Origin: Octopus vulgaris
Lineage: Eukaryota
Assembly (NCBI GenBank): GCA_951406725.2
Contig: OX597839.1
Location: 34,658,001-34,722,000 of the forward strand
Direction: 5' to 3'
Length of the DNA: 64,000 nucleotides
This document shows positions 24,286 to 37,434 of the stretch, piece by piece. The notes beneath the pieces were generated by a model that saw only the letters and a list, made by a program, of their open reading frames with translations, had not been told where the DNA came from and searched no databases. How positions within the stretch are numbered: position 1 is the stretch's first letter; every line of letters begins with the position of its first letter. The translations under genes and the position numbers were made by a program.

Positions 24286-25699
24286 CCAAAAGGACGCATC
24301 CAGTTTACCATTCTACGCGTTTCAACCATTGACTTGTCTGTGCGTGAACCTGAGCCTCTACCCTGTGTGAAATCCGGCGTTGGTTTGTTTGCGTCCCCCT
24401 AGCGGTTCAGGAAAAAGGAAACCGAAAAAATAATTACCAGGCTTAAAAGAAAAAAAAGAAAATTGCTGGGGTCGATTCATTCGTTCGACGAAGACCCTTC
24501 TCGGCAGAGCCCCAACATGGCCGCAGTCCAGCGAATGAAACGACCAGAAGGTATAAGACGACTGGGTGCTGTCCAATATAGTCCTTCCATTGAAGGCAGC
24601 AAGTTGGCAGAAAACGTTTAAGCACGTCGGGCGAAATGCTTATTTCGGGGTCGATAAATTATGTACCAGTTGCGTACTGGGGTCGATTTAATCGACTGGT
24701 CCCCTTCCCCCAAAATTTTGGGCCTTGTGCCTAGGGTAGAAAAGAATACAATCCTTCAATTTATCAACCATAAGTCTGCAAGAAATGAAATCTATTTCTA
24801 ACCCAGGCAGCAACGTAAGGGGCCCCTCATTATAATTGTACTGAATAATGTTGCTGCTGGTAGTGATGATGATGATGATACTGGGGTTACCCTTTTTGGG
24901 GGCTAGACGTGAATAATACTCGTTCTAGCGATAGGGTAGTAAAAAAAAAAGGGGGTCAGGAAAGGAGGTAGCGGCTGACATTGAGCTGAGGCAAGAGGCA
25001 GGGGTAACGGCGGGGTTTCTTTTTTTTTTTTCTGTGGGTTCTTTTAACGCTGGAAGAGGTGAAGTGTGGAAGGTCTTGGGAACGGCAGCCTGGAGGATTT
25101 CACACAACTTTCATAACTGCGAACAACCCAGAGACAAATATACACGTATGTGTGTATTATAAGACGTGCCTGCGTGCCTATATATATATATACACACACA
25201 CACAAACAAACCAACCAAACACGTGTTTGTTAATGTGTGTGTATATACACACATCTTTACAACCTTAAAAACGTCAACTTACGAACATAACCATACAGTT
25301 ATGTCATCTATAAGCTGTATAATTATACACCCACATATATTCGGTTGTTTACGTAAAACTTTTTATACGTAATACAGGTTTTGTGTGCGCGTGTGTACAT
25401 ATTATATATATATATAGTAGAAATATGTTACAAAAAGAAAATATAAAATACACGTGGAGATGCAAGGGTAAAATATGAAAAATCAACGAAAATGCACATT
25501 GTAAATAAAAAAAAAAAGGCTTTTTATGACAGGTAACGACAAATATATACATTTAGATTGACTGAGGTAAGAATAAAAGTCATTATTATGAGATGATTAT
25601 AAAGTCAGAAAACAAAGCGTACCATGGTTTCTGCAAAGCTATTCATCGCTTTAAAAACGGTGATGGTTTGTTGCCAACTTAATGTGGCAGTCTCATATA

Positions 25700-26110
25700 T
25701 ATTTCGTTATTGCCCACAGGGCTCTAAACACAGCGGACAAACAAAGACAAAGGGATTAAGTCGATTATATCGACCCCAGTGCATAACTGGTACTTATTTA
25801 ATCAACCCCGAAAGGATGAAAGACAAAGTTGACCTCGGCGGAATTTAAACTCAGAACGTAGCGGCAGACGAAATACCTATTTCTTTACTACCCACAAGGG
25901 GCTAAACGTAGAGGGGACAAACAAGGACAGACAAACGGATTAAGTCGATTATATCGACCCCAGTGCGTAGCTGGTACTTAATTTATCGACCCCGAAAGGA
26001 TGAAAGGCAAAGTCGACCTTGGTGGAGTTTGAACTCAGAACGTAACGGCAGACGAAATACCGCTACGCATTTCGCCCGGCGTGCTAACGGTTCTGCCAGC
26101 TCGCCGCCCT
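25700..26110 (-). mobile_element. SINE family B, tandem copies
   Basis: Two units plus the head ...ctgccagctcgccgcc. Confidence 0.85.
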
Positions 26111-26257
26111 CCTATGTGAAGGCGCCGGCTGACTATCGTAAAAGTCGCGAGTTGGATTCCCAGCGGCACATTGAGATCTTGAGCGAGACCCTCTATTTCT
26201 ATAAACGTTGCTTGTACGGTTGTGATTCTCGTTTAACAACCATTGAGGCAAGACAAG

Positions 26258-26414
26258 GGTGTGACTGTGTGGTAAGAAGCTTGCTTCCCAACCACATGAT
26301 TTCAAGTTCAGTCCCACTGTGTGGCACCTTGAATGTTTTCTACTATACCCTCAGGCCAACCAAAGCCTTGTGAATAGATTTCGTAGACAGAAACTGAAAG
26401 AAGCCCATTGTGTC

Positions 26415-26460
<46 letters not shown>

Positions 26461-26672
26461 GTAAATATTTATGTCTGTGCTTGTTCCCCTACCCCCATTG
26501 CTTGAAAAATGAGGTTAGTGTGTTTACGTCCCCATGACTTAGTTGTTCGGCAAAAAACCAACAGAATAAGTATTAGGTTTACACAGAATAGGTTCTGGGG
26601 TCGATTTCTTCGACTAAAACCCTTTAAGGCAGTGCTCCAGCATGGCTGCAGTCAAATGACAAACAAGTAAAA
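26258..26672 (+). mobile_element. SINE family A, diverged
   Basis: Matches the family consensus. Confidence 0.75.
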
Positions 26673-27443
26673 TATATGTGTGAGTGTATTCATACACGTA
26701 TATACACAAATCTACACACACATACAATGAGCTTTGTTCAGTTTTCCATCTATCAAATCCACTCCCAAGGCTTTGGTCATCCCAGGGCCATCATAGAAAT
26801 TACCTGCCCAAGGAACAATATGGTTGGAAAGTCAGCTTCTTACCTACACAGCCACACATGTGGAATATGTACAGGAGCAATCAACACTGAGGAGACACAG
26901 GAATGATTCTCTCAAATGCCTAGAATGGGTTGATAGCTTCTCTTACAAGGGTGACCTTATTAGACCTTATTAGCAGTCAAGGAGTATGTTTGAAAGTATT
27001 GGAGACAGGCTGGAGAAAGTTCTGGGAGCTATTAATTAATTACATCTGTAGGTAACAAAAGGGTTTTTTGTTTTTCTTTTTCCTTCTCAGATTGAAAAGC
27101 AGACGGTTTGATGCTTGAGTACAACTGTTGTGCTACATGGTAGAGAGATAAAGGTCCTAAATGCAGAAAAACTGTGGAAACTAAAAGAGAAATTAACTGA
27201 GCATGCTCTGTTGAATGTACAACATCATTGTTTATGTGTGTGTGAATAACAATACAAAGGTGTTAAGGGGAGAAAAAGCTGGGTCGGTCTAAGAGGAACC
27301 AGATGTAGTGTGCAAGACTGTATTGATTTGGGTATGTCAGGTATATAAATGAGGACAGGTGTATGAAGTACTAATCATTAAAATGGCCGGAACTTGTGGG
27401 AGAGGGAAACACAGGAAGATGTGGGATGAAGTGGAGAATGATC

Positions 27444-27673
27444 TTAACCCTTTTGTTACCCTATTTCGGTTGAGATGCTCTGTGTTTCTTTTAATTACTT
27501 TAAATATAACAGAGAATTTAGTAAAATAGCATTGTTAAAATTACGCTAGTGTTAGGAACATAAATTGTGACTAAGGTTTGGGTGGAAGATTTTAATTCAA
27601 AACGTATGAAAACAAGACATTTGTACCACAGAGCCAGAGCTGGTTTCAGCCGGGTTGGTAACAGAAGGGTTAA
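27444..27673. mobile_element. piggyBac-type MITE P1
   Basis: TTAA-cccttttgttacc...ggtaacagaaggg-TTAA. Confidence 0.85.
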
Positions 27674-27957
27674 GACATTGAACTTAACAGAGATTAAGAA
27701 AGAACCAAGATTACCTGAGACATGCAGGGCTCCAAAAGACCCTATTCCTATGCAAGCACAACAAAATCCATGTTGAAATGGTAGAAACAGAAGTCGCCTG
27801 AACTTAGCCATTTTTATCTAATTTTCTGAAGACCATCCCTTAACTTTTTAACAACTGGCCACATCCAGTCAAAACATTCTTCCAGTTTTATATTCAAACT
27901 GACCAGGTCCAGTTTCTCACACATCTACCCCACAATATTAGTCTAAAAATATATACA

Positions 27958-28535
27958 ATCATCATCATCATCATTTAACGTCCGCTTTCCATGCTGGTAT
28001 GGGTTGGACGATTTGACTGAGGACTGGCGAACCAGATGGCTGCACCAGGCTCCAATCTTGATCTGGCAGAGTTTCTACAGCTGGATGCCCTTCCTAACGC
28101 CAACCACTCCGAGAGTGTAATGGGTGCTTTTTACGTGCCACCAGCACGAGGGCCAGTCAGGCGGTACTGGCAACGGCCACAAAAAATAGGTTTTTTTTTT
28201 TTTTTACGTGTCACCTGCACAGGCGCCAGTAAGGCAATGCTGGTAACAATCATGCTCGACTTTTTACGTGCCACCGGCACGGATGCCAGTTAGCCACTCT
28301 GGTAATGATCACGCTCGGTTGGTGCTTTTAATACCCTACTAGCACGGGGCTCAAGTACCTGTAAGGCGATGCTGGTAACGATCACACTCGAATGGTGACT
28401 TTTACATACCACCGGCACGGAGGCCAGATAGCTGCTTTGGCAATGATCATGCTCGGATGGTACTCTTAGTGCTCCATTAACACAGATGCCAGTCATCGAA
28501 TTTGATTTCGATTTCACTTGCCTCGACAGGTTTTC
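27958..28535 (-). mobile_element. SINE family C with internal tandem modules, inserted in a P2 MITE (27835-28640)
   Basis: Several repeats of ttttacgtgccaccggcac...ggtaacgatcacgctcg. The flanks are the two halves of MITE P2. Confidence 0.75.
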
Positions 28536-29221
28536 GCACCTCATCAAAATCTCAAAGCTGTAAGGCAATGCATGATTAATTCGAAACAATGTGAATAAGT
28601 TTTACATTTGACAGAGTCATCTGAATGGCAAAGGGTTAAATACTTCAATGCCAACCCACCTAGAGACTGCCTTCAGCTCTGTAATACAAACCTTCTATGA
28701 CTGCCTCTGGAGATTGATAAAGAGAAATAAATCATTTTAAAAATGCATGAGCTGTGCTGAGAGAAAAACCAGGCCTCAGTGGAATCGGATGTCGAGTATG
28801 CAAGCGAGAAGATTGCGTTAGTATGGACATGTGATGAGTATGGATGAGGACAGCTGTATAAATAATCAGATGTCGAGTGCAGGAGAGAAGATTGTTGTTA
28901 TGGATATGTGATGTGTATGGAGGACACTAAGTGACGGGAACTTGTGGAGGAGAGAGAGAGAGAGAGAGTTAAGAAGACATGGATAATGTTGAGTCTCATG
29001 GAGGTGATGATGATGATGATTGGAGATGGCTGGAGACACGGAGGCTGGAAGCACAATGTGTGTGCAGGGATGACCATGTGTCTAAGAAGCTCATTTCAAA
29101 ATTATGTGATTTTCGGTTCCGTCACCATGTAGTACCTTGGACACATGTCTTCCACTATTAGCCCTGGGGTCACCCAGTGACTTACAAGTGAATCTGAAAG
29201 ATGGAAACTATGTGGAAGGCC

Positions 29222-29470
29222 ATTATCATCATCATCGTTTAACGTCCGCTTTCCATGCTAGCATGGGTTGGACGATTTGACTGAGGACTGGCGAACCAGA
29301 TGGCTGCACCAGGCTCCAATCTTGATCTGGCAGAGTTTCTACAGTTGGATGCCCTTCCTAACGTCAACCACTCCTAGAGTGTAGTGGGTGCTTTTACGTG
29401 CCACCGGCATGAGGGCCAGTCAGGCGGTACTGGCAACGGCCACACTCAAATGGTGTTTTTTACGTGCCAA
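29222..29470 (-). mobile_element. SINE family C
   Basis: Nearly identical to 27958-28200. Confidence 0.8.
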
Positions 29471-29799
29471 GAGAGAGAGGGAGAGTGTGTGCGTGTGTAT
29501 GTATGTTTGCCCTTATCCAATAAATAGTGCTGGTTTGTTTTCACCCCCATAATGGTGAGTTGAAAAAGAAACGTAGAACAAGCACCAGACTTAGGAAATA
29601 TGTGCAGTAATTAATTCATTTAATTAAACCCTTCATGGCAATGCTCCCAGCAAGACCCAAATCCAATGATTGAAACAAGTAAAAGGGGATGTGAACATCC
29701 ATGTCCCTTTCAAGTCTTCCTACACCTACCAGCTCCTCTCATCACTCTTCTATCTACTGTATTAATCTACTGCTGCGGCTGCTACTGAAACTAACCCCT

Positions 29800-30015
29800 T
29801 GCAGGCAGGAAGCAGTACTGACCACATCAAAGCACTGTGTGTGAGCAGTGCAATGTCTCACTCTGTGAAGCCCTGTGTTTTCAAATCTACCACGGAGAGG
29901 AATCTGGAAATACACCATCTAATTCCTTGTATGAAAAATTATGCAGTTGCCGAATGGCCCAATACTGGGCACAAAGCACAGACTGTCAGTACTAAATCTG
30001 TCTGAAAGGGGTTAA
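29800..30015 (+). mobile_element. piggyBac transposon 3' relic (cysteine-rich domain plus terminus)
   Basis: 29831-29893 translates STVCEQCNVSLCEALCFQIYH, the C-x2-C-x4-C-x3-CF-x2-YH piggyBac CRD. Ends ...aaagggg-TTAA at 30015. Confidence 0.65.
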
Positions 30016-30238
30016 CCCTTTAGTGTTCAGATTATTCTATCACACATAATGCCTATTGATTCCCATTGATTTGAATTAATCATGCATTATCTCATATCTT
30101 CAAGATCTTGATGGTGTAATTACTTAATGTAGAATAACATTGTAGGGTAGGTGTGAGGGCCTGGATCTGGTCAGTTTGAACATAAAACAGATTAAATATT
30201 TTGGCCGGATAGGGCCGGTTTAAATACTAAAGGGTTAA
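30012..30238. mobile_element. piggyBac-type MITE P2
   Basis: TTAA-ccctttagt...actaaaggg-TTAA. Fragments also at ~1700, 7580, 8065, 27835, 32985, 33298 and 37402. Confidence 0.8.
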
Positions 30239-30338
30239 TGAAAGCAGAAACCATTACTAACAGTATTGCTTGTGAGTGTGCAAGCATATTACATTCAAAA
30301 TACTTTACACTATGGAAGACGTGAAAAAAAACTACATA

Positions 30339-30750
30339 TAGGCGCAGGAGTGGCTGTGTGGTAAGTAGCTTGCTAACCAACCACATGCTTCCGGGTTCAG
30401 TCCCACTGCATGGCATCTTGGGCAAGTGTCTTCTGCTATAGCCTCGGGCCGACCAAAGCCTTGTGAGTGGATTTGGTAGACGGAAACAGAAAAGAAGCCT
30501 GTCGTATATATGTATATATATGTGCATGTGTGTGTATATGTTTGTGTGTGTGTTTGTCCCTCTAGCATTGCTTGACAACCGATGCTGGTGTGTTTACGTC
30601 CCTGTCACTTAGCGGTTCGGCAAAAGAGACCGATAGAATAAGTACTGGGCTTACAAAAGAATAAGTCCCGGGGTCGATTTGCTCGGCTAAAAGGCGGTGC
30701 TCCAGCATGGCCGCAGTCAAATGACTGAAACAAGTAAACGAGTAAACAAC
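30339..30750 (+). mobile_element. SINE family A
   Basis: Matches the family consensus. Confidence 0.9.
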
Positions 30751-30859
30751 AAAACTAAAATATGCCCATAGTCAAGCACCACCGTGTGCACCATGCATTC
30801 ATCATCATAATCATTTCACATTCGTGTTCCATGCTGGCATGGGTTGGATGGTTTGACAA

Positions 30860-31083
30860 AGGTGGCGAACTGGCAGAACCGTTAGCACGCCGGGCGAAAT
30901 GCGTAGCCGTAATTCGTCTGCCGTTACGTTCTGAGTTCAAATTCCACTGAGGTCGACTTTGCCTTTCACCCTTTCGGGGTCGATTAAAGAAGTACCAGTT
31001 ACACACTGGGGTCGATATAATCGACTTAATCCATTTGTCTGTCCTCTCTATGTTTAGCCCCTTGTGGGTAGTAAAGTAATAGG
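30860..31083 (+). mobile_element. SINE family B, full length, inserted in a family C copy
   Basis: Head ggtggcgaactggcagaaccgttagc. Flanked on both sides by ggtttgaca (30850-58 and 31082-90), a possible TSD. Confidence 0.8.
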
Positions 31084-31319
31084 TTTGACAGAACTGCTAA
31101 GCTGGGGGACCACACTGAGTTCCAGTCTGATTTTGCATGGTTTCTATGGCTGGAGGCCCTTCCTGGAGCCATCAACTCCTACAGTGTAGTGGGTGCTTTT
31201 TACGTGCCACTGGCACAGGTGCCAGTTACACGACACCGGCACCAGCCATAACTACAATCTCACTTGGCTTGAAAGGTCTTCTCATGTACAATATTGCCCA
31301 ACATTCAAAAGAAGAAAGA

Positions 31320-31680
31320 AGGACATTCAACACCTCCCTCCGACAAGCCATCCTAATGAGACGTCTGCGTTGGCTGGGTCATGCCTCCGTCATCAACCAG
31401 GAGAATTCATCTACGAAGCAATTGCCCCCGCTCCCCTTCAGGGTTGGCAAAAGCGATGTGGTGGACAACGAAAAACCTGGCTGATGACAGTCAAGGCTGA
31501 TCTGGAACCCAGCTTAGGCCCCCATATCTACGGCATTCGCCACTGAAATAAGGAGTGGTTGGAGATCACATGGTCGTTAGCCTCAAATCACCAAGTCTGG
31601 TCGGCGTTTGTGAGAGATGCAGCATTGAGGATGAATGAAGCCAGCTCAACCCACCCCGGGTGAATGCTGTCTCAAGCTAA
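31320..31680 (+). mobile_element. RTE LINE 3' fragment
   Basis: RRLRWLGH...GWQKRCGGQRKTWLMTVKADLE...AFVRDAALRMNEASSTHPG*, frameshifted and with a stop. Confidence 0.85.
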
Positions 31681-32224
31681 AAGGTGCTTTCTACGTGTCA
31701 GTTAGGCAACACCAGCATCAGCCCCAACTACAATCTCACAAGTCCTCTCAAGCAGGGCAGATTGCCAACAGAAAATTTCTGGACTACGGTTGCCCCAACA
31801 CAACACTAACGAGTTGTTTATCAAGCATTCATTTTCTTTGATTAAACCGAAATTATTCTTTTACTCTAATACAGAGGTTCTCAAACAGGGGCCCACACAG
31901 CCCTTTGTGGGTCCATATACGCTTTCGTTAAAATTCATCCGCAATAAACTGGGTTTTACTTCTACAATGCATAAAACATCTTGATTACTTTTAACAGGCG
32001 CAAACATGGCTGTGTAGTAAGAAGTTTGCACCCCAACCACATGGTTCCGGGTTCAGTCCCACTGCATGGTACTTTGGGCAAGTGTCTTCTACTATAGCCT
32101 CAGGCTGACCAGTGCCTTGTGAGTGGATTTGGTAGACAGAAACTGGAAGAAGCTTGTCATAATATACATACACACACACACATATACATACACCTTCACA
32201 TATATATATACATACATACAGGGA

Positions 32225-32456
32225 AAACTGGTGAAGAAGTGGCTCAAAGAACAGTCAACAGAATTTTACGGGGCAGGGATACATGCTCTCATTCGAAGGT
32301 GGAACATTGCTATTGAGAGAAACGGTGACTATGTTGAGAAGCAGGGATGTGATCCACAGAGGACCAGCTTCATTTTGATGTATGATACATGTTCCTGTGT
32401 TGGTAATTATTCATGTCCTAAATAGAATGGCATCACTTTTGGACTCACCTTCGTAT
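32225..32456 (+). mobile_element. Mariner transposon 3' relic
   Basis: VKKWLKEQSTEFYGAGIHALIRRWNIAIERNGDYVEK is a mariner C-terminus, followed by TIR-like cacttttggactcaccttcg-TA. Confidence 0.85.
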
Positions 32457-32560
32457 ATATATATATATATCTTTTGCATTTAAACAAGCCCATGTCCAGC
32501 CCAAATACTTTTTTTTTGTGTGTTCAAACCAACCAAATCCCTAAAATGTTATTTAAGAAA

Positions 32561-32965
32561 TAGGTGCAGGAGTAGCTGTGTGGTAAGTAGCTTGCTAACC
32601 AACCACATGGTTCTGGGTTCAGTCCCACTGCGTGGCATCTTGGGCAAGTGTCTTCTGCTATAGTCCCGGGCCGACCAAAGCCTTGTGAGTGGATTTGGTA
32701 GACGGAAACTGAAAGAAGCCTGTCGTATATATGTATATATATATGTGTGTGTGTGTGTATGTGTTTCTGCGTCTGTGTCTCCTTAGCATTGCTTGACAAC
32801 CGATGCTGGTGTGTTTACGTCCCCGTCACTTAGCGGTTCGGCAAAAGGGAAAGATAGAATAAGTACTGGGCTTACAAAGAATAAGTCCTGGGGTAGATTT
32901 GCTCGACTAAAAACAGTGCTCCAGCATGGCCGCAGTCAAATGACTGAAACAAGTAAAAGAGAAAG
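32561..32965 (+). mobile_element. SINE family A
   Basis: Matches the family consensus. Confidence 0.9.
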
Positions 32966-33669
32966 AGATAAAAAGAGAGAAATAAACAATCCCATCATCA
33001 GAATCTCAAAGCTGAGACATAACGCATGATTAATCTAAAAATAATGTGAATTAATAAGCTTTACATTTGACAGAGGAATCTGAAAGCTGAGGGGTTAAAT
33101 ATCCCTACAATATCATTTGCTTCTAGTCTTCCATGAAAAACATGTCTGGACATGGAGAAATGTTACCTGGCTTGGAAAGAGGAGAGGGTTGACAACAGGA
33201 AGGGCGTTCATCTTTAGAAAACCTGCCTCACTGAATTCCGCCTGACTCAGGCAAAGCATGGAAAAGTGGACATTATTAAAACAAAGATATTGAATATTAA
33301 CCCTTTAGCATGTAAACCAGTCATATCCAGCCCAAATATTCTACCCGTTTTATGCTCAAACCGGCCAGGTCTGGCCCCTCACACCTACCCTACAATGTCA
33401 TTCCAAAAATAAACAGATCAAAATTTTATGACAGGTTTTCAAGGAAGATTGAAAAAGGACAATGCCCAAGGATTAAAATGTGTCCCGCTTGTAAAATAAA
33501 AAAAAAATTTTTTAACCCGAGCAGGACTACAGACCCACTAAGCAGATTAATGTCTGCTCCCCAGGGAGCAGACATAGAAGTTCCAACAGCAGCAGATATA
33601 AGAACCAAGTCAAAACTGAAGGCAAATTAAGTGTAATCACAAATCCATTCATAAATGATCACCAATAGA

Positions 33670-33904
33670 TATACCTATTTCTTTACTACCCACAAGGGGC
33701 TAAACACAGAGGGGACAAACAAGGACAAATGGATTAAGTCGATTATATCGACCCCAGTGCGTAACTGGTACTTATTTAATCGAACCCGAAAGCATGAAAG
33801 GCAAAGTCGACCTCGGTAGAATTTGAACTCAGAACGTAGCGGCAGACGAAATACGGCTAAGCATTTCGCCCGGCGTGCTAACGTTTCTGCCAGCTCGCCA
33901 CCTT
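33670..33904 (-). mobile_element. SINE family B
   Basis: Full unit with head. Confidence 0.85.
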
Positions 33905-33937
33905 CAAAACCAACAGATATACCATCATTTTAACCTC

Positions 33938-34403
33938 TTAACCCTTTTGTTACCCTTTTTCTGTTGAGATGCTTTGAGTTTCAATTACTTTAAATATAAC
34001 AAAGGATTTAGTAAAATAACTTAGTTATCACTAAGCTAGTGTTAGGAACATAAATTGTGACTAAGATTTGGTGGAAGATTTTAATTCAAAACTTATGGAA
34101 ACAAGACATTTGTACAAGAGAGCCAGAAACAGTTTCATCTAGGTTGGTATCGAAAGGGTTAAGAATTGTTTCTCTATTGTATATTTAAACAATATTGTAT
34201 ATTGAGCTGTTTTGTGTTTCTATCAATTACTTTAAATATACCAAAGAATTTATCAAAATCACTTAGTTATCATTAAGCTAGCGTTAAGAACATAAATTGT
34301 GACTAGGGTTTGGTGGAAGATTTTAATTGAAAGCTTATGAAAACAAGACATTTGTACTCAGAGCCAGAGCCAGTTTCAGCCGGGTTCATAACGAAAGGGT
34401 TAA
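33938..34403. mobile_element. Two tandem piggyBac-type P1 MITEs
   Basis: 33938-34162 is complete (TTAA at both ends). The second copy ends gaaaggg-TTAA at 34403. Confidence 0.8.
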
Positions 34404-34894
34404 CATATTATCCTGTATGTTTTCGTTCAGAAATGTCTAGTAAATATATATTTGAACGAAAATATAAGTTCACTGTATTCTGAGGTACCTGTCCCTTATT
34501 TCTCACCCGAAATACTTCGTTCGTGATATTCCCGTTTCTATCATTAACAGCTATCAGTAAGGATCATTTTCTATTAGTAACATCATAATAATTCATAACT
34601 GATCTAAAATAATTTTTGTACCTATTCTTCTTTATAAACAGATTCAAAATAAATCTTTAAAAATAAACTTTTTTTTGCATGAAAATTGAGAATAAAAAAA
34701 ATGTGTACGTTAAGAGGTTAACATTCACTTTTCCATACTTGCAGGGGTGAAACAGTTTATTTCAATGACCAGATTGCCCTTACTGAAGCCAAGCTTCACC
34801 TGTTTCCAAGGTGATATTCTTCATCAACGGACACTTTTTCATGGAAGATTGGAAAGGACAGAGCTTGCATGTTGGTGATGTTTGTTTACAACCG

Positions 34895-35255
34895 TCAGCA
34901 CCATCCGAGCGTGATTGTTGCCAGAGCAGCCAACTGGCTTCCGTGCTGCTGGCACGTAAAAGGGCACCTTTCGAGCGTGATCGTTACCAACGTCGCTTCA
35001 CTGGCACGTGTAAAAAGATTCGAGCGAGGTCATTGCCAGTACCGCCTGACTGGCCCCCGTGCAGGTGGCATGTAAAAAGCACCCACTACACTCTCGGAGT
35101 GGTTGGCATTAGGAAGGGCATCCAGCTGTAGAAACTCTGCCAGATCAAGATTGGAGCCTGGTACAGCCATCTGGTTTGCCAGCCCTCAGTCAAAATCGTC
35201 CAACCCATGCTAGCATGGAAAGCAAATGTTAAACAATGATGATGATGATGTGATG
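34895..35255 (+). mobile_element. SINE family C
   Basis: Core ggaagggcatccagctgtagaaa and (gat)n tail. Confidence 0.8.
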
Positions 35256-36292
35256 TCAAGACAAGGAGATAGTAACACACAAACACACGCACAGACAGGT
35301 TTACATATGTACACAGCCCTTTTTTAACATTAAACAACACTGTCGTTCAGTAGGGAACATTTCTGACACCTAAATACAAATCACAACTTAAAATGGAAGA
35401 ATTCTACTTCAAACACACTGTTGTCTATTTAAGCAATATCTTTAAAGGCACAGGTGTGGCTGTGTGGTAAGAAGCTTGCTTCCCAACCACATGGTTCCGG
35501 GTTCAGTCCCACTGTATGGCACCTTGGCCAAGTGTCTTCTACTATAGCCTTGAGCTGACTGATGCCTTGTGAGTAGATTTGAGAGATGGAAACTGAAAGA
35601 AGCCCATCGTGACACACACAAAGAACCATGGTATTTGGAAGGGCATCCAACAGTCAAACAACAGACCATACCAGTGCTGGCGCCACATGAAAAGCACCCA
35701 GTCCACTCTGGAGAAGAACATGCCAAAACAGACACAAGTTTGACAGAGTCCTGAGGTTTACCAGCTCCTGTTGAACTAACCAACTCATGCCAGCATGAAA
35801 AACTTAACATTAATTAACGACAATGGTTTATTTACATCTAAATGCACGTACTTCTTCACCTGCCCCCCATTAAACATCTTCTATAATAGATTAGCAGCAT
35901 AGCTGAGAGGAAAGAAGCTGGCTTTCCGACCACATGGTTCTAAGGTTAGTCGCACTGTGTGGCCCCTTCGGCAAGTGTCTTCTATTATAGCCTCAGGGAG
36001 CTGGCCAAAACCTTTTGAGTGGATTTGGTAGACGGAAACTGGAAGGTGTGTGTGTGTGTGTGTGTCCATCGGTGCTTGACAACTGATGTTGGTGTGTTTA
36101 TATCTTCATAACACTAAATCAGTACAAGAGACTGATAGAGTAAGTACCAGGCTTAAAAAAAAATAAAGTACCGATATCAATTCGTTTGACTAAAATTCTT
36201 TAAGCTGGTGCCCCAGCATGGCCAACAGTCTAATGACTGAAACAAGTAAAAGATAATCCACTAAATAGGATTAAGCACTGGCCATTAAGGAA

Positions 36293-36480
36293 ACTCTTCT
36301 CCTCTGGAAGCCATCTACTCGCAATACCAGAGGGTGCACACTCTCCTACCCTGATGTAATCTCCAGGGATACAGGCATCCAGCAACAGGACCTTCGTAAT
36401 GCCATGATGGACCGTGAAGTCTGGCGTAGCATGGTAAATTCCATTGTCTCGACTACGGTCAAACAATGATGATGATGAAG
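36293..36480 (+). mobile_element. RTE LINE 3' end (second family)
   Basis: TLLLWKPSTRNTRGCTLSYPDVISRDTGIQQQDLRNAMMDREVWRSMV...* followed by a (tga)n tail. Confidence 0.75.
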
Positions 36481-37022
36481 GAAATTGTTTGGGTACCATA
36501 AACAGTTTTATACTCTTTTAGTAAATGCCCATTCTTGCTCAATTCAACACCTTGTTTATGTATTGCTAATAGCCCCAAGTTACACCTGGTATCTATTTAT
36601 GAAATTGTCTAAGCTCCTACTCTCAGCTCATTAATACCTATGATACCCAAAGTAGACCTCACCAGTGCTGGTACCATGAGAAAAGCACCCAGTTGACCCT
36701 GTAAAGTGGTTGGCATTGGGAAGGGCATACAGCTATAGAAAACATGCTGAAACAGACAGTAAAACCTGCTGCAGATGTCCAGCTGCTGTCAAACTGTAAC
36801 CCATGCCAGCAAGGAAAGCATATCAAATGATGATGATGATATCAATTTGCCAAAGAGAACCCTGGTTCTGTGATATAAAATGCCTGTTTTACATCTAAAT
36901 AAAAGCCTTCCATCATCATTTCCTGTTGATTTAAATTCCAGTTTAATAATGACAAAGTGACTTTACCAAATTCCTGCAGGACTCTTATACAATAAAAGCC
37001 ATTGGGAACAGACCCTATCTGG

Positions 37023-37251
37023 TTAACCCTTTCATTACGAACCCAGCTGAAACTGGCTCTGGCTCTGAGTACAAATGTCTTGTTTTCAAAAGTTCTGAAT
37101 TAAAATCTTCCACCAAACCTTAGTCACAATTTGTGTTCCAAACACTAGCTGAATGGTAACTAAGTTATTTTACTAAATTTTTTATTAGATTTAAAATTAA
37201 TTGAAAGAAACACAGAACATCTCAACAGAAATAGGGTAATGAAAGGGTTAA
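37023..37251. mobile_element. piggyBac-type MITE P1
   Basis: TTAA-ccctttcattac...gtaatgaaaggg-TTAA. Confidence 0.85.
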
Positions 37252-37434
37252 ACTCACAGAGGGACTAGGGTTTCTCAAATGAGAAATATTTCCCCTGAGT
37301 AAATGACTGGCTACAAATACTAAACCTATGGGGTGTGTGTACGCACCATGGATTGGTACATTTCCTAGAATCATCTACATCCAAAAAAAGCCTTCCACCC
37401 CATTAACATTCAGATGAATCTGTCAAATGTAATG

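Noticed and set aside
27170-27440. Very degenerate RTE-like fragment (similar sequence at ~28770-28950)
   Set aside because: Only faint GRG.P.K.W-type similarity; too eroded to delimit with confidence.
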